The translations under genes and the position numbers were made by a program. From the NCBI GenBank assembly GCA_046538945.1, contig JBKHHW010000001.1, positions 17,765 to 81,764 of the forward strand: a stretch of DNA of 64,000 nucleotides, given 5' to 3'. Shown here in pieces: positions 45,476 through 53,961 of the stretch. This DNA comes from Chitinispirillaceae bacterium. Lineage in GTDB: Bacteria; Fibrobacterota; Chitinivibrionia; Chitinivibrionales; Chitinispirillaceae. Every line of letters begins with the position of its first letter. Position 1 is the stretch's first letter. Under the pieces are notes generated by a model. That model was not told where the DNA came from and made no database searches. It worked only from the letters and a program-made list of their open reading frames with translations.

Positions 45476-46318
45476 GTGATCAGCAGCAAAAAATACAACC
45501 TGGACAGCTGTAGTGATGTGAAAGCGTTCCGTGAACAGATACTATCCTTTTACAGTCAAAACGGAAGAGATCTGCCGTGGCGAAAGGATTTCGATTCTTA
45601 TCGTATTTTCATCTCCGAAATCATGCTCCAGCAGACTCAGGTTGAACGGGTCAGATGCAAATTTATTCAGTTTGTGAAAGAAATTCCTGATTTCGAATCT
45701 CTTGCCAGAGCGGGCATGAATACAATCTACCCACTGTGGCAGGGTTTGGGGTACAACAGGCGTGCGCTTGCTCTCAGGAATGCTGCACTATTGATAGTTG
45801 ATCAGCACAAAGGCATACTCCCCGACACCCCCGAAGAGCTTGTCAGACTCCCCGGGATCGGTCCCGCTACCGGGGCGTCCATTACTGCATTTGCGTACAA
45901 CAAGCCGGTCGTTTTTCTGGAAACGAACATCAGAACAGTGCTTATACACCATTTCTTTCCCGACCACGATCGAGTCCATGACAGAGATCTCTTCAAGACC
46001 GCGGAAAAGGTTCTCGACAGAAGAAATCCGAGGATCTGGTATTCAGCCCTGATGGACTATGGAACAGTTCTGAAAAAGGAGGTGGGGAATCTGTCCGGAA
46101 AAAGTCTTCAGTTTAAAAAACAGTCTCCATTCAAAGGGTCGAACCGGCAGCTTCGGGGAGCGATACTGAAGATGCTTAATGAAACGGGCAGTGTTTCGAT
46201 GGACAAGTTGACGGAAAAGGTCAACAGACCCTACGGGCAAGTGATTGATGCAGTCAATGCACTTGTGAAAGAGGCGATGGTCAGAGAAAAAAGTGGAGTT
46301 TACAGCTTGATGGAATGA
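45476..46318 (+). CDS. HhH-GPD DNA glycosylase, MutY/Nth-like but without an Fe-S cluster loop or NUDIX-like domain
   Basis: 280 aa with LPWRKD..YRIFISEIMLQQTQVERV, LWQGLGYNRRALALRNAA and LPGIGPATGASI (HhH-GPD). There are no Cys residues after WYSALMDYG, where MutY/EndoIII carry Cx6Cx2Cx5C. GTG start. Confidence 0.8.
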   Translation: MISSKKYNLDSCSDVKAFREQILSFYSQNGRDLPWRKDFDSYRIFISEIMLQQTQVERVRCKFIQFVKEIPDFESLARAGMNTIYPLWQGLGYNRRALALRNAALLIVDQHKGILPDTPEELVRLPGIGPATGASITAFAYNKPVVFLETNIRTVLIHHFFPDHDRVHDRDLFKTAEKVLDRRNPRIWYSALMDYGTVLKKEVGNLSGKSLQFKKQSPFKGSNRQLRGAILKMLNETGSVSMDKLTEKVNRPYGQVIDAVNALVKEAMVREKSGVYSLME

Positions 46319-46320
46319 AC

Positions 46321-46364
46321 GGAACGTCTAAACTAATCTGGAAGCGAACCAGATTGAGACGTCC
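46321..46364 (+). terminator. Candidate terminator after the glycosylase gene
   Basis: Interrupted hairpin acgtct..aatctgg-aagcgaa-ccagatt.agacgt, starting 3 nt after the stop and followed by a T-rich stretch (atgatattttct). Confidence 0.4.
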
Positions 46365-46393
46365 ATGATATTTTCTATCTCGTATAGAAATGC

Positions 46394-46422
46394 TCCGGTT
46401 TTCCCGCTTTGAGAAAACCGGA
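46394..46422. terminator. Second hairpin in the convergent gap
   Basis: tccggttttc-ccgctttga-gaaaaccgga has 10-bp arms. It lies 24 nt from the stop of the minus-strand Na/Pi transporter gene. Confidence 0.4.
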
Positions 46423-46445
46423 TTCAGTAATCTTTGAAAAACGTA

Positions 46446-48131
46446 CTACTTCTCTCCCGCCACCACTTCCGCTATATTTAGTATATGATCCTTCACCCGC
46501 CGGTAGCTGTTGAGCATATCCGGAAAAACCGTGCTGAGCATAGGGTCAAATTTATTCTGCGAAAGCCTCTTAAGATGATTGCCCCTCAGATTCCGGAAAT
46601 GATGAGTGATCGCATCGCCCTGAGTGTTGGCTTTGGAGATGACAGATGCGTTATTCACCTTCAGTGCTTCGAAGACGAGATTGAAATAACCGGATACATA
46701 GTCGTGAAGTGATATCAGATCATTTCTCATCACCTCAGGTACTTCTATTCCGGCATTTTTCACTCTGAGATACAGTTTTAAAATTGTGGTTACATAATCA
46801 CTAAGCGTTTCGAATTCGTCGGCGATACGCATCTGATGCTGGGCCTCTTCGGCCAGACTGTGTGGGATGTTGCCGGCAGAAAGAAGATCGCCCAGAAATA
46901 CAGTGATTTCCTTCTGCATGCTGTCTAAAATCTCCTCCCGGTGAAAAAGCTTCTTGATCACATCCAGATCATCATTAGGATTTGTGATGATTTCTCTGAG
47001 CTTGTCGAGCATTTTTCTGTTGTGCGAGCCCATGATAATGACCTCTTTTCTCGACTGCTCAATTCCCACCATTGGCGTTTCAAGCATCAGATTGTTGAGC
47101 TTTGTAAGGCGCGGAGCTTCCCGAAAAGGTTTGTCTGGTACAATTTTCAGAAGCACTGATGCGATTATCGATACAAAAGGAAGGAACACAAAAGTGTTTA
47201 CAACATTGAAACCGGTGTGCACAGCCGCAATGCCAGCCTGAATGTAGGGATAGGTCTCCGCACCATCCACCATCACTACTGCATTGGGGTCACTTCCAAT
47301 AATCCAAGGTATAGTTTTTATATAAAAGCTGAAAAGTGCAGTGATCCATATTACACCGGATACGTTGAAAAAGATATGAGCGTATGCGGCTCGCCGGGCA
47401 TTTGTAGTTGTTCCCAGAGATGCAAGGTAGGCGGTAATCGTTGTACCGATATTTTCACCTAATACTAGTGCTGCGGCTGTCTGGAACTCGATCACCCCGG
47501 AAGCAGCCAATCCCATCGTAACACCCAGCGTAGCAGAGGACGATTGAACGATGAGAGTCAGAATACAGCCTACCAATGCGCATTTGAGTACTCCCCAGTA
47601 GGTATCTGCAGAAAACGCGTGAAACCATGCTTCAAACTCCGGAATAGAACGAATGGGTTTGAATCCGTCTTTCATCAGCTCCAACCCGAAAAACACCATT
47701 CCTATTCCCATTACGGTCATGCCGATGTAACGCAGCTTTTCATTTTTGGAAAAGAGAAAAGCCATTGCAGCCAAACCCATTATAGGCAGGCCATATTTGC
47801 CTATATTCAGCACCAGAATCCAGCCGGTTATGGTAGTACCAATATTTGCCCCCATAATGACACCGATAGCCTGCTGGAGGGTCATAAGGCCGGAATTCAC
47901 AAACCCCACCACCATTACCGAAGTTATTGAGCTGGACTGGATTATGCAGGTAACCAAAGTACCGACCCCGGTTGCCAGAAGGCGCTTATTGGTAACCATG
48001 CCGATAAGCTTCCTCAGGCGTTCACCCGCCACGGTCTGCAGCCCTTCGGACATGTTTTTCATACCCAGCAGGAATATTCCCAGACCGCCGATGACACTGA
48101 ATGCTATAGAAAAAATCAGTGAGGTGTCCAT
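46446..48131 (-). CDS. Na+/phosphate cotransporter family protein with a PhoU-like C-terminal domain
   Basis: 561 aa with duplicated Na_Pi_cotrans repeats (QSSSITSVMVVGF; QSSSATLGVTMGL). The soluble helical C-terminal third is PhoU-like. Confidence 0.9.
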   Translation of the reverse strand: MDTSLIFSIAFSVIGGLGIFLLGMKNMSEGLQTVAGERLRKLIGMVTNKRLLATGVGTLVTCIIQSSSITSVMVVGFVNSGLMTLQQAIGVIMGANIGTTITGWILVLNIGKYGLPIMGLAAMAFLFSKNEKLRYIGMTVMGIGMVFFGLELMKDGFKPIRSIPEFEAWFHAFSADTYWGVLKCALVGCILTLIVQSSSATLGVTMGLAASGVIEFQTAAALVLGENIGTTITAYLASLGTTTNARRAAYAHIFFNVSGVIWITALFSFYIKTIPWIIGSDPNAVVMVDGAETYPYIQAGIAAVHTGFNVVNTFVFLPFVSIIASVLLKIVPDKPFREAPRLTKLNNLMLETPMVGIEQSRKEVIIMGSHNRKMLDKLREIITNPNDDLDVIKKLFHREEILDSMQKEITVFLGDLLSAGNIPHSLAEEAQHQMRIADEFETLSDYVTTILKLYLRVKNAGIEVPEVMRNDLISLHDYVSGYFNLVFEALKVNNASVISKANTQGDAITHHFRNLRGNHLKRLSQNKFDPMLSTVFPDMLNSYRRVKDHILNIAEVVAGEK

Positions 48132-48434
48132 AATTCACTCCGGACGGGGCATAACAGATAGACCGAAAAAGTATTGCCGCCCCGCAACCTTGTGAGGGTT
48201 TTGTTAAGATTTGGTGAGAATTCAGTTAGTGTTTTCATGAAGAGGTTTAAAATAACTCAACATATACCTGTGCACAACATTTTTTTGGAATGGTTGAGTT
48301 TGAAAAATAAAAAGAGAGCACCTATTACGCTCCGAACAATTAAAAGAGGTATTGGGGATATAAAAATTTTGGATCGGGCAGATAAATTCAGCGGCACTTC
48401 GATATTTTTCAACTCCATAGAGTAAGAATCCGAG

Positions 48435-48463
48435 TTGAAATCCTCACACTCATTAGCTATTTT
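48435..48463 (+). promoter_or_regulatory. Candidate sigma70-like promoter for thiE
   Basis: TTGAAA (48435-48440), a 17-nt spacer, then TATTTT (48458-48463). It lies about 43 nt upstream of the thiE ATG. Confidence 0.35.
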
Positions 48464-48505
48464 TGCCCTCTAAACCAAGTATGACTCGTAACAAGGATTT
48501 CCAGT

Positions 48506-49141
48506 ATGAACACAGCCGCACTCTCAGACTTTGGCTTCTACTCCGTTCTCACAGACCCGGTCAAAGGCTACGAATATATGACTGAACTGCTGGTTGATTT
48601 CCAAATACCTTTTGTGCAGCTCAGGGCCAAGGGTGCGCCAGAAGATTTTATCCGGAAAACAGCGCTGAATATGCGCAGAATCACAGAGGGAAGCAAAACC
48701 AAACTGATAATAAATGATGACCCGCATATAGCAGCGGAAGTGGGAGCTGACGGGGTTCATGTGGGACAAAACGATATGCCTTACGAGCAGGTTAGGAAGA
48801 TCGTAGGAAATGAGAAAATCATCGGCATTTCCACCCATTCACTCCAGCAGACAAAAGACGCCTGCAAAAACAAGCCCGATTACATAGGTATAGGACCAGT
48901 TTTTCCTACACCTACGAAGAAAATACCTGATGCGGTGATTGGCCTGGATGGTATGAAAGAGATGCTGTCGGCCGCGACAGTTCCGGGGGTATGCATAGGG
49001 GGTATAAATCTTGAGAACCTACCGAGCGTGCTGAAAGCGGGAGCAGTGAACTTCTGCATGGTGAGGCAATTCACAAAATGTGATAATCCGCAAAAAGTAT
49101 TACAGGAAATTTTGAGAATTCACCAAGAATTATTTGCTTGA
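48506..49141 (+). CDS. thiE: Thiamine-phosphate synthase
   Basis: 211 aa with FVQLRAKG, GADGVHVGQNDM, IGISTHS and GPVFPTPTK. Confidence 0.85.
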   Translation: MNTAALSDFGFYSVLTDPVKGYEYMTELLVDFQIPFVQLRAKGAPEDFIRKTALNMRRITEGSKTKLIINDDPHIAAEVGADGVHVGQNDMPYEQVRKIVGNEKIIGISTHSLQQTKDACKNKPDYIGIGPVFPTPTKKIPDAVIGLDGMKEMLSAATVPGVCIGGINLENLPSVLKAGAVNFCMVRQFTKCDNPQKVLQEILRIHQELFA

Positions 49142-49260
49142 TCGCTTCAGGCTGTATATGCCGAAAAGAAAACACATATTGGATTTCAATTCCGGATCAC
49201 CAATATCACAACATAACTGAACTTTCAACTATTTTCCCACATTAAACCAGTTTCGCAGCC

Positions 49261-50598
49261 TCAGCTTTTCCGCTCGAAAACGACTCTGCCGTCAAGAACA
49301 GAAAACAGTGCACACCCCTGGAGCTCTACTCCCTCGAATGCGGTGTTTTTAGCCTTAGAGAAAAAATCGGAAGGATCGACCGACCATTTCACATTCGGAT
49401 CGACAACGGTAACATCCGCCTTTTCACCATTTTTGAGTGTCCCCCCCGGCAACCCCAGAATGCGGTTGGGAGCGATACTCATTTTTTCCACCATCTGACC
49501 CGGCGTAAGGATGTTTTTACCGACCAATGAAGTCATCACGACTCCAAGTGAGGTTTCAAGCCCCACAACTCCGAAAGCCGCGGCATCGAATTCGACATCC
49601 TTTTCCTCCGATACATGCGGGGCGTGATCGCTTGCGATAACATCGATCGTACCGTCCACAAGTCCCTCTATCACAGCATCCCTGTCGGCAGCTGTACGCA
49701 GAGGAGGATTCATTTTCTTGTTGGTGTCATACAAACCCACGTCCTCATCTGTCAGAGTAAAGTAATGAGGACAAGTTTCCGCAGTAACCTGTATTCCACG
49801 TTTTTTGGCTTCGCGGATCATGCGGACCGAACCCGCGGTGGAAACATGAGCTATGTGAATACGAGCACCCGTGTACTCGGCTAAAAGCAGATCCCGAGCG
49901 ACCCCGATGTCCTCAGCGATAACCGGTATACCTCTGACCCCCAGTCTTGTCGAAACCAAACCCTCATTCATATGTCCCTTGTAACTGAGAGCGGAGTCTT
50001 CACTATGACAGATCACAGGAAGGTTGAATGATTTTGAATAGTTGAGCGCATTGCGCATGACACTGGACTTCGCCACCGCTTTGCCGTCATCGGAAACAGC
50101 TCTGGCTCCCGATTTTACCATTTCCCCAAACGGAGTCAGCTCTTCACCCTCAAGACCCTTGGTAATAGATCCAATGGGAAAAATGCGGCAGGGACATCCC
50201 TCGCCCCGCTGAATCACATAGCGGATTTTCGATTCCTCATCCAGTACAGGAGTGGTATTGGGCATACAGGCAACAGCTGTGAATCCTCCGGCGGCAGCAG
50301 CCTGAGTCCCGGTGGAGATAGTCTCCTTATCCTCCCGCCCGGGTTCGCGCAGGTGAACGTGCATATCCATAAGTCCGGGTAAAACCCATGCCCCGGAAGC
50401 ATCAATGACCCTGGCCGAAGAGTACTCCTGGGGAATTTCATCAGATATGGCCCTTATCACGCCATCAGCTGTAATCACATTTGTAACAGTGTCAATATCC
50501 TGAACCGGATCTATCACCCGTCCATTTCGGATAATCAAAGGTTCCGCGGGTGTATTGCTCTGAGATTTATATACAATTCCATACTTTCTTTCAACCAT
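49261..50598 (-). CDS. pyrC: Dihydroorotase (multifunctional-complex/allantoinase-like type)
   Basis: 445 aa with PGLMDMHVHLREPG, HIAHVST and ASDHAPH. It has an 8-nt overlap with pyrB. Confidence 0.9.
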   Translation of the reverse strand: MVERKYGIVYKSQSNTPAEPLIIRNGRVIDPVQDIDTVTNVITADGVIRAISDEIPQEYSSARVIDASGAWVLPGLMDMHVHLREPGREDKETISTGTQAAAAGGFTAVACMPNTTPVLDEESKIRYVIQRGEGCPCRIFPIGSITKGLEGEELTPFGEMVKSGARAVSDDGKAVAKSSVMRNALNYSKSFNLPVICHSEDSALSYKGHMNEGLVSTRLGVRGIPVIAEDIGVARDLLLAEYTGARIHIAHVSTAGSVRMIREAKKRGIQVTAETCPHYFTLTDEDVGLYDTNKKMNPPLRTAADRDAVIEGLVDGTIDVIASDHAPHVSEEKDVEFDAAAFGVVGLETSLGVVMTSLVGKNILTPGQMVEKMSIAPNRILGLPGGTLKNGEKADVTVVDPNVKWSVDPSDFFSKAKNTAFEGVELQGCALFSVLDGRVVFERKS

Positions 50599-51517
50599 TC
50601 TCGCCGCCTCCCAAGAGATAAAGAACTGCCATTCTTACCGCAACACCGTTGGTTACCTGATCCAGAATAACCGAGTTGCCGCTGTCAGCCACATTAGACG
50701 CCAGCTCGACGCCTCTGTTGATCGGGCCCGGATGCATTATCACAACATTGTCCTTCAGCCCCGACAGTTTCTCCAGATCAAGCCCGTAGCGGTCCCGATA
50801 CTCACGGATAGAGGGAAACACCGCACTTGACTGACGCTCAAGCTGAATACGAAGAAGCATGACCACATCCGCCCCGTCAAGCGCCTCATCCAGATTGTCG
50901 GTCACCGGAACTCCAAGACTATGGTGATGCTGCGGCAGAAGTGTGGGCGGACCGCACAGCACCACATCCATCCCCATCGTTTTCATCCCCCAGGCGTTGG
51001 ACCTTGCTACCCGGGAGTGAAAAATATCTCCGATGATCGCTACCTTTAGACCTTCCAAACGGCCCATTTTCTGCCTGATGGTCATAATATCAAGCAGAGC
51101 CTGTGTGGGATGCTCATGCAGGCCGTCACCTGCGTTCACAATGACCGCGTCAGTACACTTGGTAAGAAAATAAGGCACACCGGCCGCACTGTGCCGGACA
51201 ACAACCATATCGATCTTCATCGCCTCGATATTACGGATTGTGTCCTTGAGTGTTTCGCCTTTATTAACAGAACTGGTGGAAGTGGAGAAATTGAGGGGAC
51301 TTGCTGATAGTCGTTTTTCCGCAAGTTCGAAAGATATCCGGGTGCGGGTACTGTTTTCATAGAAAAGATTGACAACCGTTTTACCTCTGAGAGTGGGGAC
51401 AATCTTGATATCCCGCTGAAGGACCTCGTAGAAGGAGTCCGCAGTATCGAGAATCAGTTTAATGTCCTCCCGGGAAACCCCCTCCAGACCCAGCAGATGC
51501 TGTATCCCGATTTTCAT
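50591..51517 (-). CDS. pyrB: Aspartate carbamoyltransferase catalytic subunit
   Basis: Motifs NSTRTRISFE, HPTQALLD and MHPGPINRG. I chose the ATG at 51517 (MKIGIQHLLGLEG), 4 nt after the pyrR stop. The track's TTG at 51538 overlaps pyrR. Confidence 0.95.
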   Translation of the reverse strand: MKIGIQHLLGLEGVSREDIKLILDTADSFYEVLQRDIKIVPTLRGKTVVNLFYENSTRTRISFELAEKRLSASPLNFSTSTSSVNKGETLKDTIRNIEAMKIDMVVVRHSAAGVPYFLTKCTDAVIVNAGDGLHEHPTQALLDIMTIRQKMGRLEGLKVAIIGDIFHSRVARSNAWGMKTMGMDVVLCGPPTLLPQHHHSLGVPVTDNLDEALDGADVVMLLRIQLERQSSAVFPSIREYRDRYGLDLEKLSGLKDNVVIMHPGPINRGVELASNVADSGNSVILDQVTNGVAVRMAVLYLLGGGENG

Positions 51518-51521
51518 GTAC

Positions 51522-52070
51522 CTAGTCGCCTTTCTCAAATTCCATAAGCCAAAGAGAATCCTCCCCGTCGATTTCCTTCACATTCAGAGATACTTCCTGA
51601 TTGGCAAGGGTAGTGATCTTTCTTCCCACATAATCCGCTCTTATGGGAAGTTCGCGATGTCCCCTGTCGATCAGAACTGCAAGCTGTATGGTCCGGGGAC
51701 GGCCGAAGTCCATAACCGCATCGAGTGCGGCCCTGACAGTGCGTCCCGTGTAGAGGACATCATCCACCAGAATAACATTTTTCGCATTGATATCGAAAGG
51801 AATATCGGTTACCCTGACCTCAGGCTGTTTGAAGGCAGTTCGGTAATCGTCGCGGTAAAGGGTCACATCCAGCACACCAGAGGGAATGGAAACATCTTCC
51901 ATTTTGCTTATCTTCTGAGCAATTCTGCTGGCCAGATACACTCCCCTGGTCTGCATCCCTACCATGCACACTTCGGAAAGCTCCGTATGCCTCTCCAGAA
52001 TCTGATGAGTTATGCGGGTAAGTGCCCTGTCAAGAGCATGGCTGTCCATCAGCAAATCAATTTTTTTCAT
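51522..52070 (-). CDS. pyrR: PyrR bifunctional regulator / uracil phosphoribosyltransferase
   Basis: Motifs ALDRALTRI, GMQTRGVYLA, VILVDDVLYTGRTVRAA and VLIDRGHRELPIRADYVG. I chose the ATG at 52070 (MKKIDLL). The track's TTG at 52079 is the alternative. Confidence 0.9.
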   Translation of the reverse strand: MKKIDLLMDSHALDRALTRITHQILERHTELSEVCMVGMQTRGVYLASRIAQKISKMEDVSIPSGVLDVTLYRDDYRTAFKQPEVRVTDIPFDINAKNVILVDDVLYTGRTVRAALDAVMDFGRPRTIQLAVLIDRGHRELPIRADYVGRKITTLANQEVSLNVKEIDGEDSLWLMEFEKGD

Positions 52071-52168
52071 AGTATTCAAAATAGTTAGAATGAGGTTTTA
52101 GGTCAATCACGGAATTACAGACATGATTTTTTCCCGATTTATCGCTTTCCCATTTAAAACTGTAATAA

Positions 52169-53752
52169 TCATTTCTGATATTCGCTCAGTTCGATACCCT
52201 TGTTATGCTCGGTAAAGAATTGAAGGTGCCAGTCACTCGGAAACAGCAGTACCTGCTGCCCCGATCCGTCCAGGGCCAGCTGAGCCCCCATGGGTATATG
52301 CATCTCGCTCTCTTGCAGAGGCCTATCAGTCAGGACCCAGCGCGCCATGGTCCACGGTGCCGCCTCCAGACGTGACTGAGCCCCATACTCCGCCTCGAGC
52401 CGATACTTCACCAGATCAAACTGCAGCGGTCCCACTGCGGCCAGAAGTGGAATTTTCTGATGAGCGGAAGGTATTTCGAACAGGTGAATAAGCCCCTCCT
52501 GTATGAGCTGCAGAAGCCCCTCCCTGAACCGCTTGTAGTTGGATGGGAGCGGATTGTGAATATAGGAAAAACACTCCGGAGGAAATCGCGGGATCTCATT
52601 GTATTCTATGGAGAGATCCTCGCTGAGAGTATCACCGATCCGGAAAGAATCTCCTCCCACCACCCCTATCACATCTCCCGCATAAGCCTCATCAACGGAA
52701 ATGCGCTCACGACCGAACACGTTGCTGGAATTGGAAAGCCGCAGATTCCTACCAGTGCGGACGTGAATCACCGACATATTGCGATTGAATTTTCCTGAAA
52801 CGATCCGGATAAAAGCCATGCGGTCCCGGTGCTTAGGATCCATATTGGCCTGTATTTTGAAAACAAAACCGGAAAACGATTCTTCCGATGGTTTTATTGA
52901 CCTCTCATTACTTATTCTTGGGAGCGGCGGAGGTGAAAACTCCAGAAAACCGTCAAGTAAAAGCTGAACACCGAAATTATTGGTGGCGCTGCCGAAAAAG
53001 ACCGGAGTCGTTTTTCCGGCCAGAACATCATCATCACAGAAATCCACTCCTGCATGTTCCACCATCTCCATCTCTTCACAGGCGGTCTCATATGCCGAAG
53101 GGCTTAGTCTTTCCTTCACAACCGGATCGGAAAGGCCGTGAGTAGCGACAGGCGCCCGGAAGACACCACCGGGTGTGCGTTCAAAAAAATGGGCCTGAGC
53201 GGTCCTGCGGTCGTATACACCTTTGAAATCCACTCCGGACCCCAGGGGCAGATTCATAGGATAAGCTCCGATATTCAGAACCTGTTCTATTTCATCCAGA
53301 ATTGCCAGTGTATCAAGAGCAGGCCGGTCCATCTTATTAACAAATGTAAAAACAGGCGTATTACGTTTCCTGCATACCTCAAACAGTTTGCGGGTCTGTT
53401 TCTCGATTCCCTTACCGCCGTCAATCACCATCACCACCGAATCCACAGCCGTAAGCACTCTGTAGGTATCCTCGGAAAAGTCCTTGTGACCGGGGGTGTC
53501 CAAAAGATTGACTCTGAAGCCCTTGTAATCGAAATTGAGAACTGTTGAACTGACAGATATTCCTCTCTTTCGCTCAAGCTCCATCCAGTCCGATACCGTG
53601 GAGCGTTCCTTTTTCCTGGCTGTCACAGAACCGGCCAGATGTACAGCCCCTCCATAAAGCAGAAATTTTTCCGTGAGAGTGGTTTTTCCTGCATCCGGAT
53701 GAGAAACGATGGCGAAAGTTCTTCTGCGGGATGATTCCTGCTGAACTGTCAT
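52169..53752 (-). CDS. prfC: Peptide chain release factor 3
   Basis: 527 aa with RRTFAIVSHPDAGKTTLTEK, LLDTPGH and NKMDR. Confidence 0.95.
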   Translation of the reverse strand: MTVQQESSRRRTFAIVSHPDAGKTTLTEKFLLYGGAVHLAGSVTARKKERSTVSDWMELERKRGISVSSTVLNFDYKGFRVNLLDTPGHKDFSEDTYRVLTAVDSVVMVIDGGKGIEKQTRKLFEVCRKRNTPVFTFVNKMDRPALDTLAILDEIEQVLNIGAYPMNLPLGSGVDFKGVYDRRTAQAHFFERTPGGVFRAPVATHGLSDPVVKERLSPSAYETACEEMEMVEHAGVDFCDDDVLAGKTTPVFFGSATNNFGVQLLLDGFLEFSPPPLPRISNERSIKPSEESFSGFVFKIQANMDPKHRDRMAFIRIVSGKFNRNMSVIHVRTGRNLRLSNSSNVFGRERISVDEAYAGDVIGVVGGDSFRIGDTLSEDLSIEYNEIPRFPPECFSYIHNPLPSNYKRFREGLLQLIQEGLIHLFEIPSAHQKIPLLAAVGPLQFDLVKYRLEAEYGAQSRLEAAPWTMARWVLTDRPLQESEMHIPMGAQLALDGSGQQVLLFPSDWHLQFFTEHNKGIELSEYQK

Positions 53753-53930
53753 CTTGTGTTTTTAACTCCCATATGCTGCCTCCGGGCCCGGTCAATAGCG
53801 CACAGCTTTCAAACAGACTGAAAACAGCTTTTAATTTTTTTTGATTAATTATCTGCCGGATTACGAACAGACCCGATAAAACGATGTGATATTCTGAAGC
53901 GATTATTAACAGAAAACACCCGAAGCGCTG

Positions 53931-53956
53931 AAAAAAAAAGGGGGATCAAATCCCCC
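53931..53956 (-). terminator. Rho-independent terminator after the carboxyltransferase-BCCP gene
   Basis: Minus-strand RNA reads GGGGGAU-UUG-AUCCCCC followed by U9. It starts 5 nt after the stop codon. Confidence 0.85.
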
Positions 53957-53961
53957 AACTT

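Noticed and set aside
48132-48505. TPP riboswitch upstream of thiE
   Set aside because: I looked for the conserved CUGAGA and ACCUGAUCUGGAUAAUGCCAGCG-type elements and did not find them. There is only a GGGGC/GCCCC hairpin at 48144-48182, on the Na/Pi transporter side.
51462-52088. 208-aa plus-strand ORF
   Set aside because: It is antisense to pyrR/pyrB, which carry unmistakable family motifs.
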